IMG/VR virus record: IMGVR_UViG_3300025357_000024
Location: 1 to 36,874 of that record
Direction: 5' to 3' (one strand)
DNA from: a virus
Taxonomy: Duplodnaviria > Caudoviricetes
DNA: 36,874 nucleotides
The position numbers were made by a program, and so were the translations under genes. The notes below the pieces were generated by a model that did not search any database, was not told the origin of the DNA, and worked only from the letters and a program-made list of their open reading frames with translations. Numbering within the stretch: position 1 is the first letter of the stretch; the number at the start of each line of letters is the position of its first letter. Below, piece by piece: positions 28,684 through 35,815 of this stretch.

Positions 28684-28904
28684 TAATGGGACATGATAGG
28701 CTAGCAAACCATTTTAAAACAAACTTTAGTTTGATGCAGCATCATAAGTGGAGTTTGGTAGAGATGGATAACTTAATGCCTTGGGAACGATATATCTATA
28801 TTGAATTATTGAGCCAGTACCTCAAAGAAGAGGAACAAAAGGCCAAAGACCGTGAGATGGAATTAAGAAACAGAAGAAATCACGCTAATCGGAAAAGAAT
28901 GTAA
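28680..28904 (+). CDS. gp51: Baseplate hub assembly catalyst gp51-like
   Basis: HFKTNFSLMQHHKWSLVEMDNLMPWERYIYIELL; directly follows gp26. Confidence 0.88.
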   Translation: MIMGHDRLANHFKTNFSLMQHHKWSLVEMDNLMPWERYIYIELLSQYLKEEEQKAKDREMELRNRRNHANRKRM

Positions 28905-31693
28905 TGTTCAAATCGGAACAAGTAGTATTTAAGAAATTAAACAAACTACCAATAGCAAGAAGAGTATCGGTAGCAAGTAGTCCAGAAGGCAAGTCTGTTC
29001 TTGCATCTTTAACACCTTCCCAGTTTGCAGAATTATTTCCACGATACTATCAACAAGCATTACCTGATGTTGGTGGGTTTGATAAAGCAACCACCGAGGC
29101 AGCTAGAGAACGTCAGGCCGAGGCATCTGAAGGTATACTTGACAGACTTATGAAGGCTGAAAAAGGCCTTGAAGAATATGCTGGTGAGAAGTATCATCAG
29201 ATAAAAAGAAAACTTGGTTTTGAACCAAAAGCACCTCCAGGATTATCACCAGAGCAAGAAGCAGCCTGGAATAAGGTTATGTCTGGTGCGGTTGATGTAA
29301 ACTCTGCTGAAGGAAAACAGTTTGGTAGATTAACAGATAGTCAATTATCTAGTATTGGATTAACTAGAGGTAAAGATAATACTGGCCGAGATGTATTCCA
29401 GTATGCTCAACCTGAGGTTAGTCGTCAGGAAGCAGAGAGTAGATTAAAAACATCCGGATCTGTTGAACACCCACAAGGTAAATCTGGATATAGAATGGTC
29501 TATGAGGCAGCTAAGAGGATGGGTGATAAATTTCCAGAAGTTACTGCTGCTCAATGGGCCCATGAATCTAATTGGGGTAAAGCTCCTTCAGGAAAAAATA
29601 ACGTATTCGGTCAAAAAGCGAGGGCGGGTGAAGAAGGTACCGTCGTTGGCACACACGAAAATTATGGCGGTGGTTCAGTTGCTATTAGAGATAAGTTTAA
29701 AGATTATAATAGTATTGAAGAAGGTATTGCAGACCATGTAAATAGATGGAGCTCTAAATATAAAAACGCAAGAAATGCCCAAGAAGCGGTTGAAATATTA
29801 AAAAATTCAGGATACGCTACCGATCCGGCTTATGTTAGCAAAGTAATGAACTTTGTCGGTAGTCATGAAAAATATATGAATGAAGCAGGTGCTTCTGGTG
29901 GAATTGCCATAAAACCAGAAGGTCCAAATGGTTCATACTCCGACGAACAAATTACCAAGATGATGGGCCAGTTAAAAGATGAAAAGAATTCTGCCAGAAA
30001 ACAGCAACTCGCCAACCTTCTAACCGATGCTGGTGTCCCAACCGCAACCGTTAATAGTATAAGTTCTGTAAACACAAGCGGAGTTACAGGTGAACATTTT
30101 GGTGAATCCAAACAATGTGTGGCATTAACTAAACACTTTGCTACCAATGTAGGGCCAGCATCATCTTGGCAATTCCATGATGATACAAGTGGTATTGTTC
30201 CAGGTGCTGCTATCGCCACCACAAGATACTCCGATGGTTCTGGCGGTAGAATGGCAAGTCAAATGCCTGATGGTAAATCACACTATCATACAGGTATTGC
30301 TCTAACCAAACCTGATGCTGATGGTAATGTTCTAATCTTTGACCAATCAGCAGGCAAAGGTTCATCAATCACAAAAATCAATATACATAATTATCACGGA
30401 GAACAATGGAGACCTATCAGAGGCGGTGAACCGACCGATAAGTCCATGCAGGCCGTTAATATGGCATTAGGTCGTGCTAATGAAAGTGAGAAATCGGCCA
30501 TAATGGAGTCAATGAGAGGAAAGGCACCAACTGCTCCTACATCAACTCCTGAAATTAAACCAGTAGTAGAAAGCGGACCACCTCCTCAAACACCAGTTAA
30601 CCAAGAAGGACAACCTGTAGCACCTGCACAGCAACCTTTACCTGGTGAGCGTAAGCCTGCTTCAACTGCTACTGTTAATCCTCCAACAGAGGGACCAAAG
30701 GCCAAACCAGCACCATTACCAAATAGATATACGGTTGATAGAACTGGTTTCATTAATGCTATTAAGAATACGGAAGAATTTAAGAACACCATGTTCTCAA
30801 GTTTGGCCAGTGACCAGCAGATTATTGACGGGTTTAATAGTGACGCTAAGGTGCAGGCTGCTGGTGTTCGTTATGATGCTGAAAAAGGCGTTATGCATTT
30901 CAAAGATCCAAACCATCCTGATATTAAAGCAGTTATGCAGGATCTACACACTGAAAAGTTTATGACTCCTATTCAAGAGAAGAAACCTGAACCTGTACCA
31001 GAGAAAAAGGTTGAAGCACCACCTCAAAAACCGCAACCTTCACAGCAACCTACACCAACACAAGGTGCTGGTCCAACTCCTGCACAGCAACCTAAATCAT
31101 CACAAGGTCCTGGTGCTAATCCATCTCAGCAACCTACACCAACACAAGGTGATGGTCCAACTCCTGCACAGCAACCTACACCACAAAGACAGACATCTGC
31201 CGAAGTGGAACCTCTACAGGAAGCACCACAAGTTGAAGGCGCCTCTGATGGCGGTTCATTCGGTGTAAATGGTGATGTTAATTTCTATCCAATGGATAAA
31301 AGAGATAATCTTGCCGCAGTTGATACAAAGACACAGCAACCTCTATTCACTGCCAGAGGTGGTGAGAGAATAGATGTAACACCTGCACAAAAGGTGCGTG
31401 GTGAAATGGGACCGGCGGACAATGGTATTAGAAATGAGTTTGAAGCATTAAGGCAGGAAATGGGTAGCAATTTTGGTACATTAAATGAACCAACTAAACC
31501 TACTATGGCACAAACTCATAGAAAACAAAATCCAGACGTTGTGCCAACCTTCACCGGTGGTTTGAATGAACAGAATAAGTCCAATCAATACCATAATCCG
31601 GCATTTGAACGTGCTATGATGCGGACACGATTACAAGAGTCCGGTGATCCATTAAACAACCACTTCTCAGGTGGTAATACCAATTACTCATAA
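28904..31693 (+). CDS. Virion peptidoglycan hydrolase (GH73 glucosaminidase-like plus Cys/His amidase-like domain); possible tape-measure/gp29-position protein
   Basis: GH73 motifs AAQWAHESNWG, NNVFGQKA and GYATDPAY. A second domain reads QCVALTKH...PGAAIAT...HYHTGIAL...IFDQ. Pro/Gln linkers; follows gp26 and gp51. Confidence 0.75.
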   Translation: MFKSEQVVFKKLNKLPIARRVSVASSPEGKSVLASLTPSQFAELFPRYYQQALPDVGGFDKATTEAARERQAEASEGILDRLMKAEKGLEEYAGEKYHQIKRKLGFEPKAPPGLSPEQEAAWNKVMSGAVDVNSAEGKQFGRLTDSQLSSIGLTRGKDNTGRDVFQYAQPEVSRQEAESRLKTSGSVEHPQGKSGYRMVYEAAKRMGDKFPEVTAAQWAHESNWGKAPSGKNNVFGQKARAGEEGTVVGTHENYGGGSVAIRDKFKDYNSIEEGIADHVNRWSSKYKNARNAQEAVEILKNSGYATDPAYVSKVMNFVGSHEKYMNEAGASGGIAIKPEGPNGSYSDEQITKMMGQLKDEKNSARKQQLANLLTDAGVPTATVNSISSVNTSGVTGEHFGESKQCVALTKHFATNVGPASSWQFHDDTSGIVPGAAIATTRYSDGSGGRMASQMPDGKSHYHTGIALTKPDADGNVLIFDQSAGKGSSITKINIHNYHGEQWRPIRGGEPTDKSMQAVNMALGRANESEKSAIMESMRGKAPTAPTSTPEIKPVVESGPPPQTPVNQEGQPVAPAQQPLPGERKPASTATVNPPTEGPKAKPAPLPNRYTVDRTGFINAIKNTEEFKNTMFSSLASDQQIIDGFNSDAKVQAAGVRYDAEKGVMHFKDPNHPDIKAVMQDLHTEKFMTPIQEKKPEPVPEKKVEAPPQKPQPSQQPTPTQGAGPTPAQQPKSSQGPGANPSQQPTPTQGDGPTPAQQPTPQRQTSAEVEPLQEAPQVEGASDGGSFGVNGDVNFYPMDKRDNLAAVDTKTQQPLFTARGGERIDVTPAQKVRGEMGPADNGIRNEFEALRQEMGSNFGTLNEPTKPTMAQTHRKQNPDVVPTFTGGLNEQNKSNQYHNPAFERAMMRTRLQESGDPLNNHFSGGNTNYS
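31043..31185 (+). repeat. 42-bp (14-aa) Pro/Gln coding tandem repeat, about 3.4 units
   Basis: QQPTPTQGAGPTPA / QQPKSSQGPGANPS / QQPTPTQGDGPTPA / QQPTPQ. Confidence 0.85.
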
Positions 31694-31717
31694 AAAAAAG
31701 GGCCCGTAGGCCCTTTT
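31692..31717. terminator. Intrinsic terminator between convergent genes, likely bidirectional
   Basis: A8-GGGCC-CGTA-GGCCC-T4. On the minus strand this is a C(UACG)G tetraloop hairpin followed by U8. Confidence 0.9.
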
Positions 31718-31738
31718 CAGTATTCATCTTGTAAAGTC

Positions 31739-32701
31739 TCAGTCCTCAGCCAACTTGCGAAACATTGCGAGGTCTTCATCCTCTTCATCTTCCACAACTG
31801 GTGCCTTGGCGACAGGCTTTGAGTTCTTGAAAGGTACATCATCCTCTTGCGCCGCAGGAGAATAGCTTGTTGCCTTTGTTTCAGTCAAGGTGATTGTGTT
31901 TACCGGTTGTGTTCCAGTATAACCAAGTACCTCGTCAAGGCGGGCCTTGAGTTCATCATAAGACTTGAAGTGTTTTGGATTAACAATCTCAAGTAATGAA
32001 TACTCGCTATTCAGAACCTTTTCAATCTCTTTGTCATCTTCTGATAATGGGCCAGGTGTAAGGAACACTGACTCATCATAGTTAGGGAATGATACGTTAC
32101 GGCCACCCATATTAACATTCTGGCGAGTCACCTTCAACTTGAAGTTAGCACCAAAGAAAATGTCAAATGGATTAATTGCCTTTTCTGATTCAAGGTCAGG
32201 CTTCCACATCTTCATGATCTTATCATAGATTTTCTTGCCATACTTGTATAGAAATACTTTGCCTTCATTCTCAGGATTTTTTGGGTCACTTACAACATAG
32301 ATGTTAGAAACGAAATGAAGACGGCGTTTTTGATCCCGCGCCTGCTTTCGCTCTGGTGAATTGTCATCTTGTGTTGAGTTCCAAAGTTGTGTATTGAGTT
32401 CGCTGACAGGATCTTTTTCACCCAATGTGGTACGTGACTTCTCAATATACCACTTACCAGTTGTCTTGTTCTGGAATCCATGATCCCAATACTGACACCA
32501 AGGAAGACCATCAGTGCCATCAACTGGTGGTTCTGGAAGGAAACGGATAACAGCTAGAGCATTACCTGATTTATCAGGCGTAGGCTTCCAGTAGTTGTCT
32601 ATCTCTTCCTTTTCATATGTAGGGTTATTTAACTTATCAACTTGTTTAAGAAGACGGTCAAAGTTGGATTGGGATTTTTTACGTAGTTCTTGTATGTTCA
32701 T
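31739..32701 (-). CDS. gp32: Single-stranded DNA-binding protein gp32
   Basis: WKPTPDKSGNALAVIRFLP...HGFQ...GKWYIEKS.TTLGEKDPV...NEGKVFLYKYGKKI...FPNYDES...acidic tail. Start placed at MNIQEL after a GAGGT RBS. Confidence 0.97.
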   Translation of the reverse strand: MNIQELRKKSQSNFDRLLKQVDKLNNPTYEKEEIDNYWKPTPDKSGNALAVIRFLPEPPVDGTDGLPWCQYWDHGFQNKTTGKWYIEKSRTTLGEKDPVSELNTQLWNSTQDDNSPERKQARDQKRRLHFVSNIYVVSDPKNPENEGKVFLYKYGKKIYDKIMKMWKPDLESEKAINPFDIFFGANFKLKVTRQNVNMGGRNVSFPNYDESVFLTPGPLSEDDKEIEKVLNSEYSLLEIVNPKHFKSYDELKARLDEVLGYTGTQPVNTITLTETKATSYSPAAQEDDVPFKNSKPVAKAPVVEDEEDEDLAMFRKLAED

Positions 32702-32756
32702 CGTATTACCTCGTATGTTCGTTGTATGTTTATTGTCCACTTTATCATGATGTAAC

Positions 32757-32808
32757 AGAGTATGGATTTACCAAGCCCGTATCCCGAACCGGTTTTATAC
32801 CATACTCT
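32757..32808 (-). promoter_or_regulatory. Structured 5' leader of gp32 (long hairpin), candidate autoregulatory element
   Basis: AGAGTATGG pairs with CCATACTCT as the closing stem, with inner ACCGG/TTGGT and GTTCG/CGGGC pairings. Confidence 0.6.
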
Positions 32809-32816
32809 ATTCTTGT

Positions 32817-32845
32817 ATTATAACAGGGCCCGAAAGCCCTGTCAA
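32817..32845 (-). promoter_or_regulatory. Consensus sigma70-type promoter for gp32 with a hairpin in the spacer
   Basis: TTGACA-gggctttcgggccctgt (17 nt)-TATAAT. Confidence 0.85.
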
Positions 32846-32848
32846 GCA

Positions 32849-33016
32849 TTATTTACCAATTTCTTTACCCGTGTCCTTGTGGACAACTTTACCTTTTAGA
32901 AGGGTATAATCGGAATGTGCTTGCCAGAGATCCCAAATCAATTGGGAAGCAACTGCGGAATCTTCATTGGCCTCTATAATTAATTTCATTGCTCTTAACA
33001 AGTCTTCTTTTGTCAT
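32849..33016 (-). CDS. Small hypothetical protein
   Basis: Likely start MTKEDLL after an AGGAG RBS; 55 aa. Confidence 0.6.
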   Translation of the reverse strand: MTKEDLLRAMKLIIEANEDSAVASQLIWDLWQAHSDYTLLKGKVVHKDTGKEIGK

Positions 33017-33079
33017 CTTTTTCTCTCCTATAAGATGTTGCCAGTATCTCACAAGAAATCATGGCGATAATTTGTTTTA

Positions 33080-33087
33080 TATTTATA
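33080..33087 (-). promoter_or_regulatory. Possible T4-type late promoter TATAAATA
   Basis: Exact motif overlapping the stop codon of the 33083-33337 ORF. Confidence 0.45.
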
Positions 33088-33337
33088 ATACAAAAATTTC
33101 AGATAACATTTCAAATCCGTGAAGTATTTCCATAATATGTAATGAATCCTCAGGAATCTTTAGTGGTCTTTGTGTATGTTTATCGAGGAATGCCATTTGT
33201 CCATCGTCGGTGTATATCTTTTGGTAATGGCCTTCGGCATAGTTTAGTAGTATCTCTGATGGTTTACCTGGTGCATATTCAGTATTTGATATATCTTCAA
33301 CTGGAGTATCCTTAGACGATTTCTTTCGGGGTGCCAT
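33083..33337 (-). CDS. Hypothetical protein
   Basis: 84 aa with an AAGGAG RBS; overlaps the end of gp59. Confidence 0.65.
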   Translation of the reverse strand: MAPRKKSSKDTPVEDISNTEYAPGKPSEILLNYAEGHYQKIYTDDGQMAFLDKHTQRPLKIPEDSLHIMEILHGFEMLSEIFVL

Positions 33338-33923
33338 CTATTTTCTCCTTGAGTATGCGTTTGAATTTATTCTTATCGTATTTTACAAAAGGTTTGTATT
33401 TACGCAATTTTAACGCCACCTTGGACCATATCGGATCATTATTACCCATATATTTATCAAACTTTTCGGTGTATCCTATAAAGTCATTCAGTATGACCAT
33501 GGACTCAGGAGAAATACTACCCCTAAGATATAGGCAAACAATATAAGGATACTCACCGTCCCTAACATCAAAAGGTAATTCAAGGCCATATTTAAATACC
33601 CTGTCAACATCATTACCAAAGATGTATGCAAGTGATTGTATTCTTCCTTTGTATTGAATATAGTTTTCTTTTGCTTCGTCCTCCAATAACTCAGTGACAT
33701 AGTTACGATCCTTCAATCGATTAGCAATAAAAAAATCTCGTAGTTCTCTGTCTTCATACTCTTTGGCAACCTTATCAAAGAACCATTTGTCTGGTCTCTT
33801 TTCATAGGTGGTCCTGGATGCTTTTACTTTATGGTGCGTAAAGAGGTCAAATGTTGGGCTCTCAAAGTGAGTTCTAATCGTAACAAAGACCACGTATGCA
33901 CCATACGCGGAAAAGTGACTCAT
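33312..33923 (-). CDS. gp59: Helicase loader gp59
   Basis: AY...IRTHF...YEKRPDKWFFDK...FFIAN...YLRGSISPESMVILN...LRKYKPF; lies between gp33 and gp32. Confidence 0.9.
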   Translation of the reverse strand: MSHFSAYGAYVVFVTIRTHFESPTFDLFTHHKVKASRTTYEKRPDKWFFDKVAKEYEDRELRDFFIANRLKDRNYVTELLEDEAKENYIQYKGRIQSLAYIFGNDVDRVFKYGLELPFDVRDGEYPYIVCLYLRGSISPESMVILNDFIGYTEKFDKYMGNNDPIWSKVALKLRKYKPFVKYDKNKFKRILKEKIDGTPKEIV

Positions 33924-34144
33924 ATTGGTAGTTTAGCAGTTTTAGATTTCTTAAGGAAGTTGAGGTCTTCAGCCTCTAGTTGGATTTTGGCTTTGAGGAC
34001 GCCAGACACAAGTTTGCCAGCGGTCTCCATTTCTATATTGTTTTGTTCCGCAAACATACAGATGGCATCAATGTAAGGAATATCTTTCATATAAACCATC
34101 TCTTCAATAGCCATAGAAAATTTATTGATTTCTTCAGGCGTCAT
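33920..34144 (-). CDS. gp33: Late transcription coactivator gp33
   Basis: FSMAIEEMV...YIDAICMFAEQNNIEMET...LKAKIQLEAEDLNFLKKSKTAKLPI. Start placed at MTPEE after an AGGAG RBS. Confidence 0.92.
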   Translation of the reverse strand: MTPEEINKFSMAIEEMVYMKDIPYIDAICMFAEQNNIEMETAGKLVSGVLKAKIQLEAEDLNFLKKSKTAKLPI

Positions 34145-34157
34145 AATATTATATCTC

Positions 34158-34289
34158 CTATCGTATTGCGTGAGTGTTTTTGCCTTTGAAAGATTTCTTG
34201 AGGAGTTTAAACCAAAACTTCCTCTCTTTCTTAGCATCTTTATTCAGTATAGCACGATAGAACTTTAAAATCAACTTTTTTGTTTTCAT
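34158..34289 (-). CDS. Small basic hypothetical protein (43 aa), not in the ORF track
   Basis: MKTKKLILKFYRAILNKDAKKERKFWFKLLKKSFKGKNTHAIR with an AAGGA RBS; fills the gap between the tmRNA and gp33. Confidence 0.55.
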   Translation of the reverse strand: MKTKKLILKFYRAILNKDAKKERKFWFKLLKKSFKGKNTHAIR

Positions 34290-34304
34290 TTTAGTGTCCT
34301 TTGT

Positions 34305-34453
34305 GAGGTGCCGGATTCTGTTCCGAGGCTCCGGCGGGCCCGATGATTATGCTGCTAGAGCAATATCAAGTGGGGCAAAGTTATCGTTAGCACCTAACGT
34401 TGCTTTCGGTCTCCTTGAACCCTTACTACACCAGTCGATCCTATTTCTGGCCC
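34305..34453 (-). ncRNA. ssrA: tmRNA coding piece of a permuted two-piece tmRNA (3' end approximate)
   Basis: 5' end GGGCCAGAAATAGGATCGAC. Tag frame 34391-34347 encodes ANDNFAPLDIALAA*. A 3' hairpin contains GGAACAGAA, as I recall for alphaproteobacterial tmRNAs. Confidence 0.93.
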
Positions 34454-34627
34454 ATCAGAAGGTATCTTTTTCCAACTTAAACTTCCATGAGAAGTATAAC
34501 CGATATAAGATTGTCCTGTTTCCAAATCTTTTAGAATCCATTTCTCAGGACACTTTGTATATACAGTTAGAGTTTTGGCTTCTTTGAGTTCAGGAACTTC
34601 TTCGCCTGTTATAAGTTTTCTTTTCAT
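34394..34627 (-). CDS. 77-aa hypothetical protein starting in the tmRNA intervening segment and overlapping the coding piece
   Basis: AAAAGGT RBS directly after the CCA; MKRKLITGEEVPELKEAKTLTVYTKCPEKWILKDLETGQSYIG...; AT-rich, protein-like composition. Confidence 0.7.
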   Translation of the reverse strand: MKRKLITGEEVPELKEAKTLTVYTKCPEKWILKDLETGQSYIGYTSHGSLSWKKIPSDGPEIGSTGVVRVQGDRKQR

Positions 34628-34638
34628 AAAATACCTTT

Positions 34639-34707
34639 TGGTGGACCAGCCGGGTACCGCCCCCGGGTCCTGAGTGTTTATGCCGTTCCTCTCAACGACC
34701 TAAGCAT
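34639..34707 (-). ncRNA. ssrA: tmRNA acceptor piece of a permuted two-piece tmRNA (5' end approximate)
   Basis: T-arm CCGGG-GGCGGTA-CCCGG with the alphaproteobacterial GGCRGWA loop, then CTGGTCC-A-CCA. This pairs with GGGCCAG to give a 7-bp acceptor stem with the G3:U alanine determinant. Confidence 0.93.
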
Positions 34708-34709
34708 AC

Positions 34710-34742
34710 TATTTATTATATACTATTATTTCGGAATGTCAA
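34710..34742 (-). promoter_or_regulatory. tmRNA promoter: sigma70-like, overlapping a late-like AATAAATA
   Basis: TTGACA (34742-34737), 16-nt spacer, TATAAT (34720-34715); AATAAATA at 34717-34710. Confidence 0.7.
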
Positions 34743-34812
34743 GTGTTATTCTACTTGGTTTTCAAACTCTTCCATCTGTGGCGCACCAACACCACGATGG
34801 TCACGGGAACCA

Positions 34813-34932
34813 TTAGTTACAGGGGCGACTAGTGTTGTCCCGTATAAGACAGTCACCGACGGTCGCCACAACACATCCAGACAGGCCCAGACAAAGAAAC
34901 ACCAATGAGGTTAGAACGTATATTTTTTTCAT
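34813..34932 (-). CDS. Small predicted lipoprotein (39 aa), not in the ORF track
   Basis: MKKIYVLTSLVFLCLGLSG-CVVATVGDCLIRDNTSRPCN has a basic N-terminus, hydrophobic core and LSGC lipobox. GAGGT RBS and ATGA overlap with the upstream ORF. Confidence 0.7.
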   Translation of the reverse strand: MKKIYVLTSLVFLCLGLSGCVVATVGDCLIRDNTSRPCN

Positions 34933-35135
34933 TTGAATACCTCTTCAAATTCTTTTATCGCCATTTCATAATCAAGAACGTATTCTTTTGCTTCCGCCAT
35001 ACTATTTACGATTTTATGTACCACTATACCGTGCATTTGATCATTTTCAATATAGGCATATTTCATGTCAATAGTCAAAGCACAACCAACTTTGTTATCG
35101 TCTGATATATAACAAGTCTTGGAAAGTTGTTTCAT
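34929..35135 (-). CDS. Hypothetical protein
   Basis: 68 aa with ATGA overlaps at both ends. Confidence 0.65.
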   Translation of the reverse strand: MKQLSKTCYISDDNKVGCALTIDMKYAYIENDQMHGIVVHKIVNSMAEAKEYVLDYEMAIKEFEEVFK

Positions 35136-35815
35136 AGATTGAACTCGTTCCTAAATGATACCACTTTTCTTGCTAATTCTGTAATATAATCTTTACGGTT
35201 CTTTACAAATATCTGCGGATGTATTTCATGGTCCACTGATATCAATACAACAATCTGCTTGGCCTGAATACCGGTCATTTCTTCATACATCAATGAATAG
35301 CAGGTGCATTGCTCAAAGTAGTTTAAAATCCATTCCTCTTTTTTAGGTTTCAATGATGTCTTAAAGTCAATAATAGAAGTGACGCCATCAAACTCAGCAA
35401 TACAATCAACCTGACCTGCCATCCCGATGGCCTCACTATACAGCATTGCCTCAACATAGTGGATGTTATCAATACGTTCCAATGTTGGCAACATATTACG
35501 GAATGACACCTTCATATCAGGCGTCAAATCTTTGGTTAAGTAAGTTGATTTTTCCTCATTCTTGATATAAGATTCCATGAGAGAATGAAATTGTGTACCG
35601 CGTCTAGATGCTCTTGCTGATACTCGGTTTGCCTCTTCTTCACCAACTTTGGCTCGCCACTTTGCGATGCTATCGCCTTTAAAATGAGACAAGAATGTTG
35701 TAACCGAAGGCAACTTGGTGCCATTTGGAGAGATGTAGTATCGTTTTCCATTATATTCTTCTCGCTTTAGTGCAGTTAGAAAGTGGTCGTGGTTAAGGTG
35801 ATTAAATGTTTTCAT
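35132..35815 (-). CDS. PD-(D/E)XK exonuclease (type found next to phoH in T4-like phages)
   Basis: LPSVTTFL...RGTQFH...AGQVDCIAEFDGVTSIIDFKTS...YFEQCTCYSLMYEE. Confidence 0.9.
   Translation of the reverse strand: MKTFNHLNHDHFLTALKREEYNGKRYYISPNGTKLPSVTTFLSHFKGDSIAKWRAKVGEEEANRVSARASRRGTQFHSLMESYIKNEEKSTYLTKDLTPDMKVSFRNMLPTLERIDNIHYVEAMLYSEAIGMAGQVDCIAEFDGVTSIIDFKTSLKPKKEEWILNYFEQCTCYSLMYEEMTGIQAKQIVVLISVDHEIHPQIFVKNRKDYITELARKVVSFRNEFNL

Noticed and set aside
603-31470. Many 60-146 aa ORFs nested in or antisense to the structural genes
   Set aside because: These are shadow frames produced by the codon bias of the real genes and carry no recognisable motifs.
33920-34237. 105-aa version of gp33, and similarly extended starts for gp32, gp53 and the 474-aa ORF
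   Set aside because: Downstream ATGs have clear RBSs and match the family N-termini; the extensions overlap other genes or regulatory sequence.
34294-34587. 97-aa plus-strand ORF across the tmRNA
   Set aside because: It is antisense to the tmRNA and the nested ORF, starts with GTG without a clear RBS, and the surrounding block is all minus strand.
34639-34670. tRNA-Ala or an attachment-site tRNA fragment
   Set aside because: There is no anticodon arm. The matching 5' strand lies downstream with a tag reading frame, so a permuted tmRNA explains it fully.
35132-35815. Cas4 or a CRISPR-associated system
   Set aside because: It lacks the Cas4 Fe-S cysteine cluster pattern, has no cas neighbours, and matches the ordinary phoH-linked exonuclease of T4-like phages.
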